Below are positions 56,828 through 64,000 of a stretch of 64,000 nt of DNA, in pieces. Position 1 is the stretch's first letter, and every line of letters begins with the position of its first letter. The translations under genes and the position numbers were made by a program. The notes under the pieces were generated by a model. That model made no database searches, had not been told where the DNA came from, and saw nothing but the letters and a program-made list of their open reading frames with translations. Location of the stretch: IMG/VR virus record IMGVR_UViG_3300005289_000016, positions 212,033-276,032 of that record; one strand, given 5' to 3'.

Positions 56828-57112
56828 ATGAGCAACTCGATTGTGTCCGCCGTCGTTGACATGCTGGCGGACCGTAACCCTAATGCAGCCACTCGTTTCG
56901 CCCGTGACTTCACTGTCCGTGCTGATGACGAGCGCGCTGAAGTGCGTGAGCTGAATCGCTACTGGCGTAATCAGCTGACCCGTCTTCATTCCAGCACCAT
57001 CTCGGCACGCACCTGCCTGGTGGACGACATCATGCCACGTGATTGGCTGCGCCATTTCGAACAACTGGTGCTGCCAACGATCGTCTCGCACGATCTCCCT
57101 ACTGTTCACTGA
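56828..57112 (+). CDS. Conserved hypothetical protein
   Basis: 94 aa; SD GGAG. Confidence 0.65.
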   Translation: MSNSIVSAVVDMLADRNPNAATRFARDFTVRADDERAEVRELNRYWRNQLTRLHSSTISARTCLVDDIMPRDWLRHFEQLVLPTIVSHDLPTVH

Positions 57113-57122
57113 GGAAAGCTAG

Positions 57123-57824
57123 ATGGCCAGTCGTCAAGAAGTCACCGCGTTCATCGTAGGCTCCATTGCGGAGATTATTCCGGGTGACACCTACAATAGC
57201 GACCTGACCAAGAAACGCCTGGACGCGATGTCGGATGAAGAGTTCGATGAGTACGTTCGCGCTCTGGCGAAGCCAACGACTGAAGAAGGGATTGCGACGC
57301 AGGAAATCCTGCCGTTCTACTCTCCTAACCTGAAAGATCCACGGATCACAATGCCTAACCTCTTGAAGGTGGCAGACCTGATCGGCTTTGAGTTCTTTGA
57401 ACAGCTCTGGCTGACAGACCCGCAAACAGGTCGGGTTTTCCTTACCCCACAGAAGTATCTGGTTATTGACATGACCGTACGGCGTCAGGCTCAGATGCTC
57501 ACCAAGAAGTCTTCGATCCCAGAGAACTCCCGCCACGTCGATGAGATGTCAGGCCAGGTGACCGGTAAATCGAAAGGCTCCAAAATTTCGTTCCCTGAAC
57601 TACAGGCACAGCTCGCCCAAGGGCTTGAGCACACCCTGATCGAAGAGATCAAGGTGCGAGGCGGTGACCGTGCCGCACAGGTAGAGTTCGATCGTCAGTT
57701 GATCGAGCACGGGGAAGCCAGCATCGTCGATGTGACAGCAGGCGGTGGTGTTACCAAATCGACTTCGACCGTCGGCATCCTCTTGCGGGGCATGATGATC
57801 GATACAGACATTGACGAGGTTTAA
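57123..57824 (+). CDS. Virion RNA polymerase beta-subunit C-terminal fragment (phiKZ gp149-like)
   Basis: RRQAQMLTKK...DEMSGQVTGKSKGSKISFPE corresponds to the beta C-terminal switch/GQRFGEME region; EEIKVRGGD. Confidence 0.8.
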   Translation: MASRQEVTAFIVGSIAEIIPGDTYNSDLTKKRLDAMSDEEFDEYVRALAKPTTEEGIATQEILPFYSPNLKDPRITMPNLLKVADLIGFEFFEQLWLTDPQTGRVFLTPQKYLVIDMTVRRQAQMLTKKSSIPENSRHVDEMSGQVTGKSKGSKISFPELQAQLAQGLEHTLIEEIKVRGGDRAAQVEFDRQLIEHGEASIVDVTAGGGVTKSTSTVGILLRGMMIDTDIDEV

Positions 57825-57829
57825 GCAAG

Positions 57830-58318
57830 ATGGCAACAAGCGCTGAAACAGACCGCAGTACTCTGGAAGGGTTGAATGAAGCCTTGCGTAAGTGGGCGTC
57901 CCTACAGTTCAACGATCCCACCAACTCGATTCTTGGGTTGAAGGAACATATCCTGGGCAACGATCTGCCGCAGTTGCGGCGTGTGCGGTGGTACGCCATG
58001 CACGATGAGGTCCATGCTACGGAACTGTGGATGCGCTACATGGAGAACGAGGAGCTGGAAGGCGAAGTGCGAGAAACAGTGTTCGACTTCTACGTGACAG
58101 GCTCCTCGTTCATCTGGCTGAACAACCCAGTAGCCACTGCGCAGTACGAAGCGTTCATCACGCACCTGTCCACCAACCTCTCGTGGATGGCTCGTTGCAC
58201 GCTGGTGCCTACTGACATTCGTCAGCACGTTGCCAAACAGGAGCAGATCGAAACATTCCTCAAGGGCAATCACTGGGCAGTGTTCCTGATCCTGCTTTCG
58301 ATGCTGGATCTCCAGTAG
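57830..58318 (+). CDS. Conserved hypothetical protein
   Basis: 162 aa; hydrophobic C-terminus. Confidence 0.6.
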   Translation: MATSAETDRSTLEGLNEALRKWASLQFNDPTNSILGLKEHILGNDLPQLRRVRWYAMHDEVHATELWMRYMENEELEGEVRETVFDFYVTGSSFIWLNNPVATAQYEAFITHLSTNLSWMARCTLVPTDIRQHVAKQEQIETFLKGNHWAVFLILLSMLDLQ

Positions 58319-58320
58319 TC

Positions 58321-58341
58321 TTTATTTCAGCAATACATTAT
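58321..58341 (+). promoter_or_regulatory. Putative phage (early-type) promoter motif, copy 3
   Basis: TTTATTTCAGCAATACATTAT, 15 nt before ATG 58357. Confidence 0.6.
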
Positions 58342-58356
58342 CATTGAGACAATACC

Positions 58357-59175
58357 ATGCAATCATCCAGTGCCTTCAACCTCATGTTCGATGCGGACGC
58401 GATGTTTGACACGCGCATGGCGACGTTGCTGAGAATGCGGGAAGACATACCCAAAATCCTCCCGCTGCAAGCCTACCGCAAACGCACGATGGACGATTGG
58501 GAAACCCTCACCGGTGGACTGATTACCAACGAGGCGTTCAAAGAGCGTTATGCCCAGCGCGACATCTTCACCCTTCGTCGCAGCATCATCACAGGGATGG
58601 TGCCGGTCTTGATGAACTATATCGACAGCCTGAAGGAGCGATTCTTCCGGGGTGTCGATATCAGCTCTATCTCGGTCGACATCAATACCTGGCCGTACAC
58701 TCTCCCGGGCCCGATTGCAGATTCTGTCCAGAACTGCTTGAGGGTCTTGCTCCCGGCTTATGTCAAGATCAACATCATGCACATGGAGCCTGCCCGCATA
58801 ACGCCAACATTCATGAAGGCGCACTATAACGGCTGGGTCACCTACGACCTCGACGCTTGGATGAAACTCCATGAGGAAGAGCTCTTAGGTGTGCCGGTGA
58901 ACGAACTTGCGGTCATAACCCCCAAGCTCTTTTTGAAAGAGCCTGGGAGTTTTGAATTGGGCGAGGGCGAAGTGTTCAGCGGGATGGACAAACACGGGCT
59001 GCTCGAGTTGATCATGGAGGACTACCTCCACATCGAGCACGTTCCCGTGTCTGACTTTTGTTTCCTGTTGCCGAGGACTTACAAGCTGCCTGATGAGGAA
59101 GAAGATGAACCTGATCCTCAGATGTCGTCTTCTTTCTCTTCGCGGAAAGCACGTTCGGAAGCTTCCACAGACTGA
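58357..59175 (+). CDS. Conserved hypothetical protein (possible HAD-like N-terminal DxD)
   Basis: 272 aa; LMFDADAMFDT; acidic C-terminus. Confidence 0.6.
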   Translation: MQSSSAFNLMFDADAMFDTRMATLLRMREDIPKILPLQAYRKRTMDDWETLTGGLITNEAFKERYAQRDIFTLRRSIITGMVPVLMNYIDSLKERFFRGVDISSISVDINTWPYTLPGPIADSVQNCLRVLLPAYVKINIMHMEPARITPTFMKAHYNGWVTYDLDAWMKLHEEELLGVPVNELAVITPKLFLKEPGSFELGEGEVFSGMDKHGLLELIMEDYLHIEHVPVSDFCFLLPRTYKLPDEEEDEPDPQMSSSFSSRKARSEASTD

Positions 59176-59660
59176 ACGAAGTCGTCGTAGTTGACAGGCT
59201 GAGTGCCTTGGGTGGTGAGGTCTGGAACCAACTGCACTTCCGGCAACACCGGAATGGCACGCTGAGTGATAGGGGCCATGCTGGCCACTTCCACAGCAAA
59301 CGGATTCTTGCCACCCAACATGCGCAGCAGTTCGTTGCTGGCGTTGGCGAGTCGTTCCGATTCGTTGATAGCCGATTCTTCCACGTCGATCTTCCGCGTG
59401 GTGAGTGCGGCTTGGTCAAGGTCACGCAACAGTTGCATGTTCAGGCTGAGTTCTTTGTCGTCTTCAGGAATACCCTTAGCGAACCGACTCTTGAGGATTC
59501 TCAAGCGGATGCCTTGGGTAGTCTTGATCACTTCACTGGGATCTACAGACTGATTGATATGGATAGGGGAACGGTCGGGTCCCAGATATTCCCCGTCTTT
59601 AACAGGGTCCATATCGTCTCTAGCGAGGAATTCGCCTTCGAGCGGATTGATAGAGTTCAT
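59118..59660 (-). CDS. Conserved hypothetical protein
   Basis: 180 aa; SD GGAG; TATGAA 30 nt upstream; overlaps the convergent gene by 58 nt. Confidence 0.65.
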   Translation of the reverse strand: MNSINPLEGEFLARDDMDPVKDGEYLGPDRSPIHINQSVDPSEVIKTTQGIRLRILKSRFAKGIPEDDKELSLNMQLLRDLDQAALTTRKIDVEESAINESERLANASNELLRMLGGKNPFAVEVASMAPITQRAIPVLPEVQLVPDLTTQGTQPVNYDDFVQSVEASERAFREEKEDDI

Positions 59661-59724
59661 AGCTCCACTCCGTTAGGAAAAGGTATAGGTTCATAGGATC
59701 AGTGGTGCGAATAAGGGCCCACGC

Positions 59725-60204
59725 ATGCTCAAGCAATTTATCGCCTGGTGTCGGCGTAAAGAACCAGAGCCTCTAGAAGGCGAAAACATCTACGAAACCC
59801 TCCTCAACCAACTGGAAGACATCCATGAAATAGCCAAACGAGAGTTCAACCTACCCAAGACACGTTCCGTGCTTTTACAGACGGCTACAGTCAACCTAGA
59901 GGACCTGTCCGACTACTTGATCGACGCATCCGTAACCATTACCAAAGGCGATTCGCTTTCCGGTAGATGGGCCACACGGGAATTTCGGTACGAGTTAGGC
60001 ACCCTCGAATCATTTATATCTGAGGCTAATGCACTGGTCCATCCAATCGATTGGGTGATCCACCATAAGCTGTACATCGTGAAGTTGCTGGATGCGTTCC
60101 TGAAAATGGATAGCGCTGATCGTGACTACTACCAACGTAAATGCAACTTCGTAGTCGAAGACCTTCTTGCCTTGCTGAAAGCTAGTCGGGAGTGCCTGAG
60201 ATAA
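59725..60204 (+). CDS. Hypothetical protein
   Basis: 159-aa ORF. Confidence 0.6.
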   Translation: MLKQFIAWCRRKEPEPLEGENIYETLLNQLEDIHEIAKREFNLPKTRSVLLQTATVNLEDLSDYLIDASVTITKGDSLSGRWATREFRYELGTLESFISEANALVHPIDWVIHHKLYIVKLLDAFLKMDSADRDYYQRKCNFVVEDLLALLKASRECLR

Positions 60205-60222
60205 CCACCCAGGAATCACATC

Positions 60223-60819
60223 ATGAGTAAAGAACAAGTTCGCATGATGAACGACGACGATAAACTGATCAAGGAAGCGGGAAACCCGCTCACCAATCTG
60301 TTTCGTCGTGTTCTGAAGGAGATGCGTGTTGAAACCCAGTCGTGGAACCGGCGACTGACAACGTTCCTTCAGAGCCCTCTTTCCCGTGTCCCCAAGAACG
60401 CTAAGGACATTGGCCAAGAGCGCAATAACTTCAACCGAGCTATTGCGAAACGTCACATCACGTTCAAGACCTTCCAGAAAGCCATCCAGATTTTGGGCCC
60501 GCTCAAGTATTCTATGAGCATTACCATGATCATGCGCGATGGTAAAGAGGTAACAGTGTCGACCGGGATGATCAACAACCCTTATTCGCAGATCGATTCG
60601 CTTAACGCGGTCGTGACAGGAAAAGGATTGAGTCCGGAACACGACAACGTCAATTACGACGAAGACACTGATGCCGACATCACTGACGAAGCTGTTGATG
60701 AAATGATTCATCAGATTCCAAGTCCGGTGTATCCAACTCGCAGCCCCGAACAACGTGCGCGCCTTTCCCGAGTCTTCTCGAGCGCATCCAGCACGAAACA
60801 ACCACCAGTCGAAGACTAG
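60223..60819 (+). CDS. Conserved hypothetical protein
   Basis: 198 aa; SD AGGA. Confidence 0.65.
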   Translation: MSKEQVRMMNDDDKLIKEAGNPLTNLFRRVLKEMRVETQSWNRRLTTFLQSPLSRVPKNAKDIGQERNNFNRAIAKRHITFKTFQKAIQILGPLKYSMSITMIMRDGKEVTVSTGMINNPYSQIDSLNAVVTGKGLSPEHDNVNYDEDTDADITDEAVDEMIHQIPSPVYPTRSPEQRARLSRVFSSASSTKQPPVED

Positions 60820-60860
60820 CGGTTCTCGGTCGTCTACCTAGTTATAACAGGAACAGTGCC

Positions 60861-61430
60861 ATGTCTACTGACACCCCAGCGAAAACTCAGAGCAACCTCC
60901 CCTACAAGCCGGAGGACGATGGTGTAACTCACATCAACGTCTACACTCGCGGTGCGACCACTTTGGGTCGAGGTCTGAGCAACCTCTCCGAATGCAACAT
61001 TGACCACCCGTACTTTGGCCACTTCCGCACACTGGAAGGCCTGTGGTTCTACATGAAGACCAATTTCAAGGACGACCAGTTCCGCATCCTTAAAGGCGTT
61101 GCTGCACGAGATCTCGGCAAGCAGATGCCAACGGAACCGTATCCACTGTTCAACAAGATGTTCAAGTTGGGCATGTTGGTGAAACTGGAGCGCAACCCTG
61201 CCCTTCAGCAAGAGCTGATCGCCAACGATAAACCGCTGGCCCACTACTACTCGTACGGTGGTGGCAAGAAGATCATGCAACTGGATCGTCACCAGTGGCA
61301 GCTCGACTTCTGGATTCTGCTGCGCAGCACCTTGATCAACACCGGCTCGCTTGACTTGATTCGTCAGGAGCTGGAAGAGTCGATCAAGTACCACCTCGAC
61401 AACCCGAAGAGTCCAAAGGTTGCTGAGTGA
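60861..61430 (+). CDS. NADAR (YbiA / T4 gp30.3-like) family protein
   Basis: INVYT...LSN, FRTLEGLW...K, AARDLGK and KLERNPALQQEL align by eye to YbiA INFYS...FSN, WPTSEHY...K, AARMGR and KFEQHAELRALL. Confidence 0.7.
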   Translation: MSTDTPAKTQSNLPYKPEDDGVTHINVYTRGATTLGRGLSNLSECNIDHPYFGHFRTLEGLWFYMKTNFKDDQFRILKGVAARDLGKQMPTEPYPLFNKMFKLGMLVKLERNPALQQELIANDKPLAHYYSYGGGKKIMQLDRHQWQLDFWILLRSTLINTGSLDLIRQELEESIKYHLDNPKSPKVAE

Positions 61431-61437
61431 TTGACCG

Positions 61438-61480
61438 CATGAGGGCCTTCGGGTCCTCATGACATCCACTTTCTTTTTTC
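61438..61480 (+). terminator. Intrinsic terminator
   Basis: catgagggcc-TTCG-ggtcctcatg, with a T-tract downstream. Confidence 0.7.
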
Positions 61481-61496
61481 TTTGTCCGAGGCTGAC

Positions 61497-62504
61497 ATGT
61501 CTTTGATCTCTACTCCGTTTTTCAAGACGGACAAAACCGAGAAGCTGGAGGCGGTTGACTCCTACGACATCTCGAACACACGCCCCATCAACAAGGTCTA
61601 CGATGCAGCCAAAGACGGGGCAAAGAAGCTCTACGATCAGGTAGGCGGTCGTCAAGGTCTGGCCAACGGGATTCAGAACCTCGTCAGTGCTAAGGTCTCC
61701 GGAGCTACGGGCAAACAAATGCTCGAGGCTGGTCTGGGGATGTTTGGCACCAGCACCATGGGGATTCTCAAAACGGCGGGTAACGGCATCTTTGATAAGG
61801 CTGCCGAATTCATCGACATGAACCCTGAGACGGTCAGCAAGATCAAGGGCACGGGTGAGCAACTGTTCAACCGCCTTGAATATGGTGATCCGTCTGACCT
61901 GTCCAACTACGGTGAGCTGGCTACGCTCATTGGTGGACTGACGGGCCAAGAGCAGTTTGCTGAATACGCCAACATGGGTATCGAGTCGGCAGTCTGGGGT
62001 TCTGCAATCTCTAGGACCATCGAGTACGGTCAGTACAACTACATTGGTGACGTCAAGGAATACATTGACCCAGCCGTCTACCAACAGGCGCTGGTATACA
62101 GCGTTCCCATGGTGGCCAGCAGTGGGTCATTGGAAGCCCTGAAAGAACTGATGAAGCAGATGACGCCTGACGTCATCATCTCGACCAAGCCTGACTTCAT
62201 CAAGACCTTCATGGGACAGTTCAAAGTCCCAGCAGAACTGACAGTGACCCGTGAAGCCTACGCGGTTGATCTGGTCGATACGCTGACTAGCCTTCAACCT
62301 GGCTGGTACACGTACCAACGTCAAGCCGATGAGTCCATCGTGGATCTCTCCTGCCTCTCTGTGGGCACTGCTGACGCCTTGAACCTGCTTCAGCTTCATC
62401 CAGTGTTGAGTCGGTATGCAATTGCTGCTCCGTACGCTCAGGAACTCACTGTGGAAGATGTCATCCGCAAACAGTTCCCCTTGATGGTCATGAACCTGTC
62501 CTAG
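61497..62504 (+). CDS. Putative virion structural protein
   Basis: 335 aa from ATG after GAGG. Confidence 0.6.
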   Translation: MSLISTPFFKTDKTEKLEAVDSYDISNTRPINKVYDAAKDGAKKLYDQVGGRQGLANGIQNLVSAKVSGATGKQMLEAGLGMFGTSTMGILKTAGNGIFDKAAEFIDMNPETVSKIKGTGEQLFNRLEYGDPSDLSNYGELATLIGGLTGQEQFAEYANMGIESAVWGSAISRTIEYGQYNYIGDVKEYIDPAVYQQALVYSVPMVASSGSLEALKELMKQMTPDVIISTKPDFIKTFMGQFKVPAELTVTREAYAVDLVDTLTSLQPGWYTYQRQADESIVDLSCLSVGTADALNLLQLHPVLSRYAIAAPYAQELTVEDVIRKQFPLMVMNLS

Positions 62505-62508
62505 CGAA

Positions 62509-62540
62509 CATAGAGCCCGGGGAATTCCCCGGGCTCTTTT
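62509..62540. terminator. Bidirectional terminator (palindrome)
   Basis: agagcccgggg-aatt-ccccgggctct followed by ttt. Confidence 0.85.
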
Positions 62541-62546
62541 GCCGTG

Positions 62547-64000
62547 TCACTGACGATCGGTAGCTTGACCGAAGGCTTTCCAGACTTCGCCCGTCATACC
62601 AGACATTGCCCACATGGCGCCACGTTCTGGCGACACGGAGTCGTCGAACGCTGCCTGTTGGCGTGCCAATCGAACAGCCCACTTACGCAGGGCGTTGATC
62701 TCAGCTTCCAGCGGAATGCCTGCCAAGATGGCCAAGTAGTCCGTGTAGTTGTTATCGTCGTCGTACGTCGAACCCAGCATGGCTGAGGAGACCGCTACGC
62801 CGGTTTCACCACCTGTGGAGGCTGTCCCACCGCCCAGCCACGAAACGCCTGCACCGACGCCGTAGCCTGCGGCTTGGATGATACGGTCAGAGATCTCGAA
62901 CGCAGGGTTCAACGGCATGTTCACCGCAGTGGACAAGTCAAGCAAGCCCAACTGGATGTCGATGCCCAAGAAACCACCGGTGTTGTTCCAGCCCACGTCA
63001 CCCACACCACGCGTAATGGTCAGGCTGTCGACAATTGCCAATCGAGAGTGAGCCCGCCCTTGAGCGAAGTACTCAACCAGGAATGGAGAGGTGTGCGACT
63101 GCTTACCAGTGGACAGTGGTACCGACATTGCGAACAGACAACACATCGGCAAGATCAGGTTCTGCAAGCGCGACAGTGGATCACCGTACGGCGAACGCAG
63201 TGGGATGTTCAGAGAGAGTTTGTTGAACTCAGCACTGGAGCTGTCCCAGACCTTCGGGATGTCGACGTAAGCAGAACCTGCCAACTGTGCCAACCCTTGG
63301 ATACCGATGCCTTGACCGACGCCTGTAGCAAAGTCTTTCACCGCGCTCAATGCACCGGCCACGATACCCGAGCCTTCAATGTTGCCGTCGAACATACTGA
63401 ACCGCGTCTCACGTGCCGAAGCCGAGATGCTGTTGATCTGCCCTTGGATCGAAGGTTCTTTGGTGCCGTTGCTGAACGATTCGGTTTGAGTGCCAGTGTG
63501 GTCAACACGGAAGCTGACGAACTCGGAGGCCATCTGGGATTCCGACTTGAAAGCGCTTTTGGTTCGAGCCCACAGGCCTTCATCCATACGCCCAGTCTTC
63601 TCCACGACCGCTTCGTTCTTGGTGTCTGCCTCGGAGATCTGACCCATCATCTCAGAGTTCTTCCAGATGTCCACGTAGGCTTCGTAACTGGTGTCGATCT
63701 TGTTGACGATGGCGTACACATCACCCATGTCTTCGCCGTAGAGCCGCTTCTTGAACACCTCACGCATTTCTGCTTTGTTGGTGATCTTGTTGAGCTGCTT
63801 GTCCAGCAACTGACGACGGTGATTGACCAGCTTCTGTCCACGCTGAGCCACGGCGAACACGTCGATACCACCGTTTGCGCGGTAGATAGACGGGATCAAC
63901 TTGTGGTACGCATCGACGTCCAACTGATCCATCCCGTTCTCCTTCTCGTAGAGCGCCTTAGCGCCCTCGTAGATAGGTCGAGGGATGATGCCCATGTTCG
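62547..64000 (-). CDS. Virion structural protein, baseplate-hub type (phiKZ gp139-like), 5' truncated by window
   Basis: Open to the window end; VWDSSSAE, LRSPYGD and TRGVGDVGW motifs recalled from the phiKZ baseplate paralog family. Confidence 0.65.
   Translation of the reverse strand, partial: NMGIIPRPIYEGAKALYEKENGMDQLDVDAYHKLIPSIYRANGGIDVFAVAQRGQKLVNHRRQLLDKQLNKITNKAEMREVFKKRLYGEDMGDVYAIVNKIDTSYEAYVDIWKNSEMMGQISEADTKNEAVVEKTGRMDEGLWARTKSAFKSESQMASEFVSFRVDHTGTQTESFSNGTKEPSIQGQINSISASARETRFSMFDGNIEGSGIVAGALSAVKDFATGVGQGIGIQGLAQLAGSAYVDIPKVWDSSSAEFNKLSLNIPLRSPYGDPLSRLQNLILPMCCLFAMSVPLSTGKQSHTSPFLVEYFAQGRAHSRLAIVDSLTITRGVGDVGWNNTGGFLGIDIQLGLLDLSTAVNMPLNPAFEISDRIIQAAGYGVGAGVSWLGGGTASTGGETGVAVSSAMLGSTYDDDNNYTDYLAILAGIPLEAEINALRKWAVRLARQQAAFDDSVSPERGAMWAMSGMTGEVWKAFGQATDRQ

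Noticed and set aside
1-64000. tRNA, rRNA, introns, inteins, transposases, integrases
   Set aside because: No cloverleaf, rRNA signature, LAGLIDADG/HNH/GIY-YIG motif or intein C...HN pattern was seen; core genes have ordinary lengths. tRNAscan-SE and Infernal were not run.
46035-64000. Gene order differing from phiKZ numbering as I recall it (gp155, 152, 149, 139 homologues descending)
   Set aside because: Rests on memory of gene numbers, and rearrangements are common among phiKZ-like genera; not claimed without an alignment.

Overview
This is a 64-kb segment of a phiKZ-related jumbo myovirus (nucleus-forming, Chimalliviridae-like). The host cannot be read from the sequence. Core genes recognised from motifs and recalled homology: DnaB-like helicase, major capsid protein, a non-virion RNAP beta fragment, RuvC, portal, lytic transglycosylase, two tail-fibre proteins, PAAR and central spike, SbcC/Rad50 ATPase, spanin pair, RNase H, UvsX/RecA and a virion RNAP beta C-terminal fragment. 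There is also an early accessory island of small genes at 21.6-27.3 kb. The standout is a minus-strand cluster of about 12.5 kb (28103-40621) between the tail-fibre genes and the lysin. It encodes six radical SAM proteins with Cys-rich SPASM-like C-termini, three tandem HxH-type 2OG-Fe(II) oxygenases, a JmjC/cupin oxygenase and several unknown proteins. It also encodes a 179-aa protein ending in CHTSCHSNCHCARGRR. That motif is duplicated (18-bp exact DNA repeat) as an optional N-terminal extension, MSCHSNCH, of the next gene. I infer a RiPP-like, phage-encoded post-translational modification system acting on a virion/tail protein. No tRNA, rRNA, CRISPR array, intron or intein was seen. All homology calls are from memory of the families, not from database searches.
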